Shown in pieces: positions 1 through 12,518 of a stretch of DNA of 43,961 nt. Numbering within the stretch: position 1 is the first letter of the stretch; each line of letters starts with the position of its first letter. A model generated the notes under the pieces. That model saw nothing but the letters and a program-made list of their open reading frames with translations. It ran no database searches and was not told the origin of the DNA. This stretch comes from Chiloscyllium plagiosum. Taxonomy: Eukaryota. A program made the position numbers and the translations under genes. The DNA lies in contig NC_057718.1 of NCBI RefSeq assembly GCF_004010195.1, positions 33,813,851 through 33,857,811 on the forward strand, read 5' to 3'.

Positions 1-420
1 AACAACCATAATGGGAGTTATGTACAGACCTCCTAAACAGTGGTCAGGACCAGGAGCGCAACATGTACCGGGAAATAGAGAAGACATGTCAGAAAGGCAA
101 GGTCATGGTGATCATGGGAGACTTCAATATGCAGGTGGACTGTGTAAATAATGTTGCCAGTGGATCCAAAGAAAGGGAATTCATGGAATGCTTACAGGGT
201 GGCTTTTTGGAACTGCTTGTCATGGAGCCCACAAGGGAGCAGGCTATTCTGGACCTAGTGCTATGTAATGAACCAGACTTTATAAAACATCTGAAAGTAA
301 GGGAACACTTAGGAAGCAGCGATCATAATATGGTAGAGTTCAGTCTGCAGTTTGAAAGAGAGAAGGCAAAATCGGATGTAATGGTGTTACAGTTAAATAA
401 AGGTAATTATGAGGGCAATC
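1..420 (+). mobile_element. CR1 LINE ORF2 fragment, APE endonuclease domain (cut by window edge)
   Basis: GVMYRPP at the start; ORF 63-428 has IMGDFN, PTREQAILDLVL and HLGSSDHNMVEF, which are hallmark LINE APE motifs. Confidence 0.93.
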
Positions 421-1664
421 CTAATTAGTGGCTAAATATTGCAATTCCTTGTCCTTCATATATTTTAATGTTTAATCTACTAGGAAAGTACTGTTACAAT
501 ACAGCTGTTGGAGGATTATGGAAAATCCCACAGCATTTTACTGATTGACGTGTTTATTGAGTATATTTGGACAATGGAATGTATTGTTTAATTTCACACT
601 GATACGTCCAGGTGTGACAACCCAGATGTAATTTTGGAGCAGTGTACTGTTGCTTTTCTGCCACTGCTTCACAAGCCACAATATTAAAAATAAACACTTT
701 ACCAGAGTAACCAATTAAATGTTTTTATGTCAGATTTTGAATAAAAAGAGTTCTCGATATTAACCAGACTTCTTAATAAGCACCATTTCTGATTAATTAG
801 CAAAATAAAACTTATTCAATAAAGAGTGACTATTTAGTTAAAATACATGGAGAGTACTATAGAAGTGCAAATGCTTATTGCTGTTACAATCCCCAAATAC
901 ACAGATTCTTCAGGAAGAGAAAAATAAAAGCAGATTGTCCTCTGCAGAGATTGACAGCCACACTTTGGCCAATAGCTTATTTTGGAAGGCAAAAAGATAA
1001 AATGTAGAATTTTCTGGAGTCTGTTGCTCTGATGTTTTGGCATGTGTGGTCAAGTCAGCAAACATACATAATTGTCTCTCAGGTCTTACAGATAGATACA
1101 GCTCAGGAAGTACAATCGTGGATGTTCTTTGAATCAGTCTTTCAAAAGAACAAATAGATTTTAGATGCAGAGACTATCTTTTTCAAAAATGGAAAGGATC
1201 AGCTGAGCTAGCCTTCCTCCAACATGGCTTATCCTCCACGTGAACCAGATAAAATAAGAATCTTTCCAAAGCCTATTCCTGTTGAAGGGTCCACAGCAAA
1301 GCATGCAGTTATTACCTATGATGTCATTTCTGAGAAGTTCAGTATAAAAAATATTCTAATGCCCAAGTGACCTTTCAATATCCTGCCTTAAAGAAAACAC
1401 TCGAGATAAATTCAGGTAACTGAAATAATTTTTTTACGCAAATCTTCAAAACTTAAGGTCTCCTAATAGTATCAATGTAAAGCATATTTGTTACATGGCA
1501 AATTGACTTTATGTAACCTTTTGCATCAGTTTATCACGGCTACAAAACTGGCCATGCTGAGGTTGAATTAATCACCATGCCAAATTTCCACTTATTGTGT
1601 CATTTGGCAGACTTTTGTTGCGGCTCCTACAATACTATAACAGCAATCTTTTCAAAAAAAGAGT

Positions 1665-1862
1665 GAGATTTATATTTATATAGTGCTTTTCACAACTACC
1701 AGATATCTAAAACTGCATCACAGCCAATGCAATACTTTTGAAATGTATTCACTGTTGTAATGCAGGAAACATGACAGATTACAGTATTTGTGTCCAAACC
1801 TACACAAACTTCAATGTGACTATCATCAGATAATCTGTGACATTTTTTGGGAGATAAATATA
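1665..1862 (-). mobile_element. Old Deu-domain SINE remnant (SacSINE1/AmnSINE-like)
   Basis: atttatatagtgcttttcac...cagccaatgcaatacttttgaaatgtattcactgttgtaatg...aatgtgactatcatcagataatctg matches recalled DeuSINE tail and core on the minus strand; related remnants at about 27580-27680, 30855-30955 and 33665-33815. Confidence 0.6.
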
Positions 1863-2464
1863 GTTTTTAATTTTAATTTACTAATAAATTTATTCTGTAC
1901 ACAAATCAGAGTACTTTGCAGAATAATTTTCAGTGAATACTAAATTAGATTTTCACAGGTGGTAAAGCAGAACCTCTGATTTTAAAAAAATTCTGAGGTC
2001 TGTTTTCAGTCATTTTAATAAACCTGCATCAGCATACCACTTCTAATATAGCTTTATTATTTAATCCAATTCTTTTATAAACGTTATTTCAAAAACACTG
2101 TTCAGTTGCGTTGGATCATTGCAGATTTTTGGTTGGGTGATATGCAAATAAGTTTGTCTAAAATCTAGAGCAGAAAATTTCACTTTGCCAAGCCAGGACA
2201 GTTTTGAGTGCACCTTGTACTCTAATCACAGATTATACCTGATGGGGAGACTCTTGGTTCTTGGATTTCCCTCTTTGTTCCCGACCCCACTCTCAACTAA
2301 AATTTCGCAAGGTTAGAAAATCTCTGCTGTTTGGCAGAATTCTAATGTTTTGAAAAGAACATTTTGCCATTTGAATTTTTTTCCTGTTCTCCATCTGGCC
2401 TGAGCAAGCTGGCACTACGTTCCTGTTTGTTGAGTTTTCCACCAATCTGACTGGGAGTAAAATA

Positions 2465-2675
2465 TTGTCATATTGTCACTAGACCTTAGGGCTGTGCTCT
2501 CTTTAGAAAGAGATGACTGGTAGTAATTTAACTTGAGGATCACCATGTCTCATGCAAGGGGAGAGGTTGAGAGAGTCCTTCATTGTAACCTCAACCAATG
2601 TGGAAATTAAGCTCATGCTGTTGACATCACTCTGCATTACAAACCAGCTGTCCACCCAACTGAGCTTACCCCACC
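2465..2675 (-). mobile_element. Decayed tRNA-derived SINE
   Basis: Minus strand starts ggtaAGCTCAGTTGGgtggacagctggtttgtaatgcagagtgatgtcaacagc (A-box-like), followed by a degenerate B box. Confidence 0.55.
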
Positions 2676-3015
2676 CCCAACTGGGAGTAGCACGGCCAGG
2701 CCAACCTGTGGCTGCTTTCCCCCATACATCATGTAAGGTGTCTTAGTTATAGTTGCCTTTGCTACCAGAGCTGCTGCTGTCAGACGAAAATAAGAGTAGG
2801 CCAGGTGTGGACAGTAGGGATTAGCAAGAGTGAGAGACACTGTGGGAAAGGAGAGTGCTGTACTGGGGCCAAATGAGTCCCAGTCAAGTAGCCTGCCAGA
2901 GAGAGCAGAAACCTAATTGTACTTGGAAAATTTATTGCAAATAAAGATTTCATTCCCCCCCAAAAGAAGAATCTTGTTCTGTGGAAGCCCAATCTGGGTT
3001 TTCTGTCATGGTGAA

Positions 3016-3112
3016 AGATTAGGTTCCCTACAGTATGGAAACAGGCCCAATCGCCCAACAAGTCCACACAGACTCTCCAAGAGAACCTACCCAGACACAT
3101 TCCCCTACCCTG
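3016..3112 (-). mobile_element. HE1-type SINE 3' fragment
   Basis: ccctacagtatggaaacaggccc..cgcccaacaagtccacac..acccagacacattccccta matches the tails of the full copies at 24330 and 25384. Confidence 0.8.
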
Positions 3113-3920
3113 AAATGTCACACTTGTAAAGGTTGCAAGGGAGCTTCAAAGGGAGGAGCTTAAAGGGAGAAATGTACTGCAAACTGAATTGTAATCACTT
3201 GCAAGTTAGCTCAGCTGTGATTATGATGGGACAAAAGACCTGGTCCACAGACATGTTTTGTAGCTTCCACTCTCAAAAACACGCAAGATCAGGGGTTAGA
3301 AAGCAATTCAACCCTGGTTTGTATATGCTTGTAGAAGAAGGTGCGCCAGTGAGTTGAGCTACACACGTACCGTATCCTGAGTGCTAGTATGTTGTGAAGG
3401 TCACAGTAGAAAAATAATCCACTGGTCACTTCTGCATTGCACCCTCTTGCTCTTAATGCTAGAAACCAGGAAACCAGACAAAAGTATTTTGATTAACCTG
3501 TAAAGCCAAGAATTCTGAAATTGATTGTTCAACTATCAATGTTCCATTACCTGCTATGCACAAACGGCCCATAGAGACTGATCCATATATCTTTAACCTT
3601 TTTTTGGGACTGGATTTTTTTTTTCTATCTGTATTTATGGTGCAACAAAGAAAATTTACAGCCCAGGAACAGGCCCTTTGGCCCTCCAAGCCTGAGCTGA
3701 AATTTTGCATCAATTAAGCACAGTGAGCCTGCCGCATCCTGGCACTTGGTCACCAGTAAACTCACTCTTCTCAACAAAGCCTGGTTAAATATCTTCCTTT
3801 TACAAAGTAATTCATTTGGTCTTGGAGAAATGTATCCAAAGAGAGGAGATTCTTCATAAGTTAAACTTGTTAAGCTGACTCAGGGCTAGGTTTTATCTAA
3901 CTAATCATAGCCAGAACTTC

Positions 3921-4154
3921 TCATAAGAGTCATAGAATTGTACAGCATGAAAACAGATTCTTCGGTCCAACTTGTCCATGCCAATGAGAGATCCTAAATT
4001 AATTGAATCCCATTTGCCAGCACTTGGCTCATATCCCTTTAAACCCTTCCTATTCATATACCCATCCAATTACCTTTTAAATGTTTTAATTGTACCAGCT
4101 TCCACCACTTCCTCTGGCAGCTCATTCCATACACACACCACCCTCTGTGTGAAA
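3921..4154 (-). mobile_element. CR1 LINE 3' end
   Basis: (gagtcata) tail; the minus strand encodes WNELPEEVVEAGTI; closely similar to 39215-39440. Confidence 0.92.
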
Positions 4155-4159
4155 TCCAT

Positions 4160-4630
4160 TTGCAACCTTGATATCATTTGATTCAAGATGAGTTCACTAT
4201 CTTATTTGCACCACCCCCTCAGCTTGTCCTTGTTTCACCTTCTTGTCATCATTTAACTTCACCTCTATCTCAGCTTAGCTGCACTCAAACCCTCTCACAC
4301 ATCTTTGTTAACTCTGGATTCAACTATTCCAGCACAGTCCTGCTGTAGATTGCCACGTTCTACCCTCCACAGTGCGGTCTTCCAATGAGTACCATTCCCC
4401 TATCGTTCTTGTGCTTGCTAAATCTGCATTCGTTCCTGGTGAAGCAACATCATGATTGAAAACTCAGTTATTTTCAAATTCCAAATTCCTCCAAGGCCCT
4501 ATCTAGTTAAACACCTCCAACTGCACAACATGCCTCCTGTGTGTTTTCAGTTATATTTGCTTCACCATCAATGGTGAATGCCTTCAGTTAGCAAGTCTCT
4601 AACTTTTGGAATTCTCTTGCTACAACTCTG
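4160..4630 (+). mobile_element. Old L2 LINE 3' fragment
   Basis: Degenerate ETLIHAFVTSRLDYSN-like coding (aaaccctctcacacatctttgttaactctggattcaactattcc) plus L2-like 3' region. Confidence 0.55.
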
Positions 4631-6209
4631 TAGTGTCTTTGTAGTTTCAGCATGTATGTAGTAAATTAAATTGGGAGCTTATCCTGTCTTGAATGGAAGA
4701 AAAAAGTGGTGTTTGTGCTGATCTGTACAGGGGGTTGATGTTAAAACATAGAAAAGGTTAGCTGGCTTTCACATGACACCCCTCCCCCAACTCAAGCACA
4801 AGATGGGCTTCCGCCAATCCAAATTTGACAGGGTTGATCTCACCATATTATGTAACAACACATGATTAAAATCAATATACACACACTCCTTTGTTTGGAA
4901 AGAGGCCTTCGAACTTGTGAAGTTTGCATGATGCAACCATTTTGTCTTCTGCTTTTAAATCAGCAACGAGCAATTTTGTGGATGAGGGTACTCCAGAAAG
5001 CCATCACATTATCTGTAAATCATCCAAATAGCCAGGTTGTTAAACTCCAATCTCTTGAAAGTGGAAGATCCTAATAGAGAGAAGGATCTTCCCTCCCCAG
5101 CCCAAAACTTCATGGCTCACTGAGAATCTTTCAGTTTACCAGACCTTTATTTCAACTTTAGAACATCAACATTATCTAAAAAAAATGTAAAACTGAGATA
5201 TTATTAAACTATTCCAGTATATTATTTTCGTATGTACTGAATCTTTTTGTATGTGTGAGACATGAGTGAGATGTGATTTCTTAAAAATCCAGGTTGATTG
5301 TAATAATTGATCTCTATTTTAGAACTTGCTGATTAGAAAACTCTAATCTCGCATCCAAACTTTCTCATCATGGGAGTAAATGCAACACGTATCTTTTTTC
5401 TGTTTGTGACAGGTGCAAAATTGTGAATGAAATCTCTTCAGTGAAACAAATTAAAACTGAAACAATGAAATTATCTTAAGATTGATAAGTAAAATTACAA
5501 ATTGGAATAAGGAGTCAGGCATACATGTGGGCTTAGGTTCAAAACTGAAATACCGTATATTGCATTCTAAAATCTGCAAAAGATTATGTGGAAGTCTTAA
5601 CATTGAAAAAACTGCGATTCCATAAATATAAAATTATTTATTTGAGCCGTAAGGTTTTCACTATTAATTCTGAATTTTAAGATGTGACTTTTTCAAGGAC
5701 TTTTACAATGAGACTAATGATGTGAAAAGGCAAATTCCCATCAGTTTAGTGATTTCTAATTGTTTCCAGTCCGAGGACACTTCAGCGTATCCTTTGCAGA
5801 AGTGTAGAATCATTGATAGAAAACATTTGCACCTTTAGTAATATATTTGTAAACTCCAAATGTTGCTGTCAGCATTCGCAAGTTTATCCCTGAAGGTTAA
5901 TAGTGACACCAATGAAACTACCATAAAATTTGGGCTAACTAGCATGAAAAAAGAATAATCATGGCTGACATCAGCCTTGTATGTTCCAGGGATATGAAAA
6001 GTCTTGTGTAAAAGCTGTTTATTTTCTAATGTCACAGACAAAGGGGGAATGATGGTGAATTTAAATTGTGATTGATTTTCCCCTCTTCAGCTTGAGATAG
6101 CGAGGTAATGTTTGATTTACATCTTTACCTTTTTACACCGCCACCATCATTCCTTAGCGAGGTTAGTGGAAGGGTGGTTACCAAAACCTTGGTTTTCCGA
6201 TTCTAATTT

Positions 6210-7023
6210 CAGAATCACAGAATTGCTATTGTGCCTGCACCGGTTCTATTACCTATTGCTAATCTCCTGCTTTTTCTCCATTTTCCTATACACTCGTTCT
6301 TTCCAAATAATCATCCAGTGACCTCTTGAATGCATCAATTGAACCTGCCTCCACCATACTGACAGGTAGTATGTTTCATATCCTAAATTCTTGATATGTG
6401 ATTTTTTTTTTCTCACGTCACCTTGAATCTGTGCTCGCTTGTTTTTTTTTACTGTTACAAGCGAGAATGGCTTCTCCCTATCTATTTAAGCCAGCCAGCA
6501 CATGATCTTGACAATGCCTCTCAAATCATTTCTCAGTTGCCTTCTCTCCAAGGAGAACTGTCCTAACTTCTTCAATTTATCCTCATAACTGAAGTTTTGC
6601 ATTCCTGGAATCATTCATGTAAATTTCTCTACACTGTCTCAAAATCATTCTTAACTGTACACAGTATTTGAGCTGAGTCTAACAAATGACATGTACAAGT
6701 TCAACATCACCTCCCAGCTCCAAACTGCTACTAATAAAACCGAGAGTACTGTATGGTATATTAACTGCTCTGTCCACTTGTCCTGCCACATTCAATGATT
6801 GGTGCACATACACAACCAGGTCCCTCTGCTCCAACACCCTCTTTCGAAGTATACACTGTTTTATGTTGTCTTTTAATGTTCCTTCTGACCATAGAGCATT
6901 ACCTTACACCTCTGTATTGAAACTGATCTGCCACCCATCTGCTCCCTCCATCAACTTCTTAATGTCCTTTTGGAGTTCCGCACTGTCCTCACAGTTTACA
7001 GTTCTTCCACGTAGTGTCATCAG
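6210..7023 (-). mobile_element. Old CR1 LINE 3' part (RT C-terminus and tail)
   Basis: agaatcacagaat tail; gaacctgcctccacca, ttctctccaaggagaac and accaggtccctctgctcc (EQRDLV on minus). Confidence 0.85.
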
Positions 7024-8234
7024 ACTGATAGCATAATCCTTTCAGATGAAATAAAAGAAAAGATCTATCAAAACATTCAGCTCATGAGGAAATTGATTTG
7101 CTATTCCCTATATACACTCTGGAAATTAAGGATGGCAATGCAGGAGAGGAGCAATTTATAGATTACAACCTTTGGTAAATCCAGATGTATTGAAAAATCA
7201 ATTCACGTGAGTTAGAACTTTTGGAGGTCAGTGTCCAATAGTAGCTTTCATGATGAACTGGGTCCAGTAATTTTCCTTTGTGTAAGCACGTGGGTTTCTC
7301 TCCTGCCAATAACTTGGAAACAAAGAGGAAGAGTCTGAGGTAGTTTGCCAACTCAACTTGGAATGTTGCTCGTGCTCCATAGTTCGAACAGCATCTGACT
7401 GGGAATCCCAAAAATGTAAACAGACATTTCAGTAAGGTGACAATAACTAGTACTTCAGGTAATCATGGCCCACTTCTGATCATTAAGTGAATAGTATAAC
7501 TTCACCTTGCCCATCAGTGTTTCCATTGCTTGGTGAAGAGGTAACTATAAAAGATGTCATGCTTATTTTAACTTCGTGTCTTGATGGTTTCCCTTGTCCA
7601 GAGCTGGCTGAAGGCACATCTCCAATCCTTTTGGGTGAGCTTTAGCCAAAATGCCGATATGATGCAAGAGTTTCCGGAGCTTATGAAAATAAGATTGTGA
7701 TCAGCTTCAGCCGTTTCATGAGTCCAGCAAAATTTTACATCTTTAAAGAAGAACAGAATTTATACCTGAGAGTATAGAAGAGAATAGCAGATTTTGCTTT
7801 GGTATTCTCTTCATGCTGTCTGACCATTTCAAATATGATGATCATTTATAGTTGCAACAGCTCAACTTAATAGTCAAAAACCTCCAATTGAAACATGTAA
7901 TTGTACTGTAGGGTCTTTGTGACAGGATAGTTTTAGATTTGCATATTGATTTAGATAATGAGATTTCAGTGCATCTGCTTCCATATCACACCTCTTCAAG
8001 GCCTAAGCATTTTGCACTAGTTTATTGGCTGGAACCTCTTGAATTTGTTACATAGCACAAAATTATTCTTTTTAAACAGGTTTTTTTTTTGAAAAACTGC
8101 ATTCAGTATAAGAATGTGTTGGGTTTCATCGTACATTCTATTTTTGAGTTTCAAATAACAGCTGTCAAATTAAACTATAACATGACTTAATATTATATTT
8201 ACGACTATTGAGACTTTTCAACTTTGCAGATTTT

Positions 8235-8745
8235 ACCCATAGCTGGGGTTTCTGGATGCACACTTGGTTGATTGCAGCCAAAATGGCAAGGGCTGTCAGC
8301 TCACCTCACCTCACCTCACCTCACTGCTGGAATTCAGCTTTTTTGACCATGTTTGAACTAAGGCTGGAATGAGGTCAGGAAGTGAGTGGCCCTGGCGAAA
8401 CCCAAAGTAGGCGACACTGAGCAATTGCCACTTGATAGCACTGTTGATGACACCTTCCATCACTGTACTGATTGAATGTAGACTGATGGAGTGATAATTG
8501 ACTCGGTTGGATTTATCCTGCTTTTTATGTGTACCTAGACAATTTTACACATTGTTGAGTAGATGCCAATGTTGTAACTGAATCGGAGCAGCTTGGCTAG
8601 GGAAGTGGCAAATTCTGGTGCACAAGTCTTCAGTACTAGTGCTGGAATGTTATCAGGGCCTGTAGCCTTTGCAGGACTCAGTGTCTCCAACTGTTTCTTG
8701 ATATCATGTCGTATGAATCGAATTGGCTGAAGACTGGTATCTGTA
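8235..8745 (-). mobile_element. CR1-clade LINE RT fragment (family distinct from the young CR1s)
   Basis: Minus strand reads approximately DIKKQLETL..AKATGPDNIPALVLKTCAPE..HKKQDKSN..KVSSTV (shifted KVMEGVINSA)..GFRQGHS. Confidence 0.85.
8302..8325 (+). repeat. (CTCAC)n pentanucleotide repeat, about 5 units
   Basis: ctcacctcacctcacctcacctcac seen directly. Confidence 0.9.
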
Positions 8746-9063
8746 ATTAGATTAGATTAGATTACGTACAGTGTGGAAACAGGCCCTTTGGCCCCACAAG
8801 TCCACACCGCCCCGCCGAAGTGCAACCCACCCATACCCCTACATTTACCCCTTACCTAACACTGCGGGCAGTTTAGCATGGCTAATTCACCTGACCTGCA
8901 CATCTTTGGACTGTAGGAGGAAACCGGAGCACCCGGAGGAAACCCACGCAGACATGGGGAGAACGTGCAAACTCCACACAGTCAGTCGCCTGAGGCGGGA
9001 ATTGAACCGGGGTCTCTGGCGCTGTAAGGCAGCAGTGCTAACCACTGTGCCACCGTGCCGCCC
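8746..9063 (-). mobile_element. Full-length HE1/V-SINE (tRNA head, V domain, CR1-like tail)
   Basis: Minus strand begins GGGCGGCACGGTGGCACAGTGGTTAGCACTGCTGCC (A box) and has GGTTCAATTCC (B box); V-domain gtttgcacgttctcccc; (TAATC)n tail. Confidence 0.93.
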
Positions 9064-9919
9064 ACGCGGCGGGACCATTGGAGATTACTATGTGAGTTTC
9101 CCAACAGTAGTTCAGCAAGCTTACTAAAATAAGCATTAATACTGGATAGATAGCATGTACAGTTTCTGATGTGTGCAAAGTCACCTTTAGCAGGGCTCTC
9201 AGTAACTATAATCGATAGCAGAGATTGGTTTAGAGAGAATACAATTGTAAGTGCTTTTGCTTCACATTGATGGTGGAGGCAGTGCCAGCCTTAACTGTGG
9301 TTTCCGAGATCAAATAAATTATGAAGGTTCTTTGTCTATGTTAATTTATGAATAAAATCTACTCAACTAGAAGTAGGGATCTTACAAGTACCCAGGGATC
9401 CAACCATGCTGTACTAATGGATGTCTGCTTTCAAGAGGGAAGGAAATTAATTAGAAAATTTGAAACAATGGATGAAAATTCATTAATAGATCTGGAACAT
9501 TTTGTTTCCCATGTCCTGGAACATTTTATCAACCTTGCACACCCATCTGTCCCAGTACTTCATTTTAGAATCCTTGCAATCAGATTACCCAGCTGCAGAA
9601 CCAAAATGTCACTTAAAAATAGTCCTATGTAACTGTGCCAAATATATGCTAATTCTCTTCAATCTGTTTGCAGCCTTTGACACAGTTGACTAGACAGTTT
9701 TCCTACAACATCACTCTCGTGCCATCTAGTTCATGGCACTGCACCTATTTGGTCCTATTTTTAATTATCTGTCTAGTCATTTGCAGAGTCCAATGTCTTT
9801 TCCCACTGTGGCATAATTTTCTGTGCTGTGCACAGGGATCGATCCTTGAACCCCTCTTAATTCTTATCTCTGTGCTGTCCATTAATGATCTTTGCCAAAA
9901 ACAGTCAGTTTCCATGTGT

Positions 9920-10033
9920 ATCCGTGTGTTTCCATGACACTCCTGTTCCTCTGATGCTGCCTGACCTGCTGTGCTTTTTCAGTGCCACACGTTTCGAATC
10001 TGATCTCCAGCATCTGCAGTCCTCACTTTCTCC
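9920..10033 (+). mobile_element. Short PLE-terminal element (family A), lacking ribozyme core, with 14-bp TSD
   Basis: gatgctgcctgacctgctgtgc...ctccagcatctgcagtcctcactttctcc; flanked by cagtttccatgtgt at 9906-9919 and 10034-10047. Confidence 0.8.
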
Positions 10034-10682
10034 CAGTTTCCATGTGTTTGTCTACTACATTCCGCTCTTCCTCATCACAGTATCTCTAGGTCCTTCTGCT
10101 GTGTAACTTACCTGACTTCCTGGACTGGATGAACAGAAAGTTTGTCTAATCAAATATTGAGAAGACTGAAGTCATTGTCTGCAGTTTCCTTTCCAAGCTG
10201 TCTTATACAGTACAATATAGTTATATTGTCATGTGTACTCCATTATGGGAGTACACTGAAAAGATTTTACAATGTCTGCCGCCTTATGGTGATGTCTTAG
10301 GTAAAGGTACAGAGGTACAATTCTTGGGTACAGCAGAAGAATAAAAGTACTTGCATTATTTAGAGTTTAAAAAAAAGTTTAAAAATAGGACAACATTAAA
10401 AGGCTGCATTCCACAAATGCTACTCTGCGGTTTGCAGCTCATGTGCTGCTCTGGGCTCGCTGCTCTTAGTGTTCCAGGCTCACAGTCCACATGCTGTTCC
10501 AGAGCTCGTTTCTCCAGGTACATGCTGCCAGCTCCTGTCACTGCACCATTATTTGTCTTTGGTGCTGAGGAGAGAGAAGAAAAAGAAATAAAAAGTACAG
10601 AGGAGCTCCGATAGTAACGTCCTCCTGTGCTGCCATCTTGTATCTAGCTGCTGCCTTCACTCCTGTCTAAACTGGACAGGTA

Positions 10683-10752
10683 GGAGGCTGGAAGAACACA
10701 GCAGACCAGGCAGCATCAGGAGGTGGAGAAGTTGAACATTTTGGGTGTAACT
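10683..10752 (-). mobile_element. Fragment of PLE-terminal repeat (family A-like)
   Basis: gctggaagaacacagcagaccaggcagcatcaggagg resembles 33259-33295. Confidence 0.6.
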
Positions 10753-11925
10753 TTGGTAGCCACTTTCCATCGCCATAACATTGTCAGACTTTGCCACTGC
10801 CTCAGCTCATCTTCTGCTGAAAGCCTTTTTTTAATTGCTTTTTTTTAACTTGATTAGTGCAGTGAACTCCTAACTCACATTATCTGATCTCAGTAAACTT
10901 GAGGTCTATCAAAACTGTTGCTAATGTCCTTCGTCACAGCTGTTACCACCCTCGATCCCTGTACTGGCTGCCGTGACTTTGCTCCTGGTTAAGCAGCACC
11001 TTTTTGAATGTTCTCGTACTAGTTTTCAAATTTTTCCCTACTCTCAGTCTCTTTAGTCTTCTCCAATCCCATAATACTCCAAGGAATATGTTCCCCTCAT
11101 TCTAGCCAATTGGTAAGTGCATCTTCAGTTACCTTGGTCCTAAACTCTGGAATTTGTTCCTAAATCTTTCGAACATACTTTTGTTCTTTTAAGACATCCC
11201 TGTAAAACCTAACTCTTTGACCTTATATGGCCCTGTTGAAGTTTATTTCATCCTGTAGAGCAGGATATTTCATATTTAAAGATGCTTTACAAATACAGGT
11301 AGTTGATATATAGTGAGCAAGACAGGCTGAAAATACTTAGCAGGGCAACCAGTATATGTTTAAGATACTCCTCAAAACAAGTTTCTTTGACCAAGCTCTT
11401 AATCGTTTTGCTTAACATCTTATTGTGTAACTAGTGTCATATTATGCTTTATAACTTGTTTTATAACTCCTGTGAAGCACCTTGGAGTATTTCATTATGT
11501 TAAAGAACAATACAATACAAACAACAGTGGACCCAGCACCAATCCCTGCGGAACACCACTGGTCACGGGCCTCCGGTCCGCAAAGCAACCTCCACCACCA
11601 CCCTCTGTCTTCTACTGTCAAGCCAATTTTGTATCCAATTAGAAAGCTCTCCCTGAATCCCATATGATCTAACTTTACTAATTTGTCTACCACGTGGAAC
11701 TTTGTCAAAGCCCTTGCCCTGGTCCATATAGACAAAGTCCACTGCTCTGCTGTCATTTGTCTTTTGGGATCAACCTCAGAAGATTCATATAAATTTTGAG
11801 ATACACGAATTTCCACTCATAAAACCATGCTGGCTTTCTGTAATCAGTCCTTGGCTCTCCAAATGCATGTAAAGCCTATCTCTCAGAATCCCTTCCAACA
11901 ACTTCCCCACCTTTGATGCCAGACT

Positions 11926-12106
11926 GCAAGAGGAAGTAGTAGATGCAGGTACAAACAAAATATTTAAAAGACATTTGGACAGGTACATGGATTGGCAAGG
12001 TTCAGAGGGATATGGGCCAAATGCAGGTAAATGGGACGAGATCGATTTCAGAAATCTTAGTCAGCATAGTCGAGTTGGACTGATTCTGTGCTGAACGACT
12101 CTGACT
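11926..12106 (+). mobile_element. CR1 3'-end fragment inserted antisense into the CR1 at 11520-12997
   Basis: gaggaagtagtagatgcaggtaca..atttaaaagacatttggacaggtacatgga..gactctgact tail; the host resumes after gact. Confidence 0.85.
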
Positions 12107-12336
12107 CATTGGTCTACAGTTCTCAGACTTCCTCTTGCAGCCTTTCTTAAATAAAGGCACAATATTAGCCACCCTCCAGTCTTCTGGCGTCTCACCCGTG
12201 ACTGTAGACTGTACAAATATCTCTGCTCGGGGCCTTGCAGTTTCTTCCCAAACTTCCCACAGTGTCCTGGAATACATTGGGATATGTCCCAGAGATTTAT
12301 CTACCTTTATGCTTTTTAAGACCTTCGGCACCTCCT

Positions 12337-12518
12337 ATTTAGATTTAGATTCCCTACAGTGTGGAAACAGGTCATTCGGCCCAACAAGTCCACACTGACC
12401 CTCCGAAGAGTAACCCACCCAGACCCATTCCCCTATCCTGTATTTACCCAGACTAATGCACCTAACACTATGGGCAATTTAGCATGACCAATTCACCTGA
12501 CCTGCACATCTTTGGATT
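12337..12518 (-). mobile_element. HE1-type SINE, 5'-truncated, nested in CR1
   Basis: atttagatttagattccctacagtgtggaaacagg...cctgacctgcacatctttgga. Confidence 0.9.

Larger units (their letters stand above)
9520..11306 (+). mobile_element. Old L2 LINE (RT to 3' end) interrupted by later insertions
   Basis: LILFNLFAAFDTVD (9502-9693), CAQGSILEPLL (9668-9937), NIEKTEVI at about 10155, L2-type tail ending tacaaatacaggtagttg. Confidence 0.8.

Noticed and set aside
1224..1370. 48-aa ORF with strong Kozak context (ccaacATGG; MAYPPREPDKIRIF...)
   Set aside because: No recognisable homology, promoter or splicing support; expected by chance
2840..3776. Possible solo LTR (TG...CA) interrupted by SINE and CR1 tails
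   Set aside because: No TSD or terminal inverted repeat could be confirmed
4964..5035. 72-nt exon-like segment QRAILWMRVLQKAI, resembling a PH-domain C-terminal helix
   Set aside because: Weak donor (gttgtt) and no partner PH-domain exons found
8990..9063. tRNA gene (A and B boxes)
   Set aside because: Continues into V domain and LINE-like tail, so it is a SINE head
8771..9127. ORFs over 8771-9127 and 24331-24627
   Set aside because: Spurious frames across HE1 SINEs
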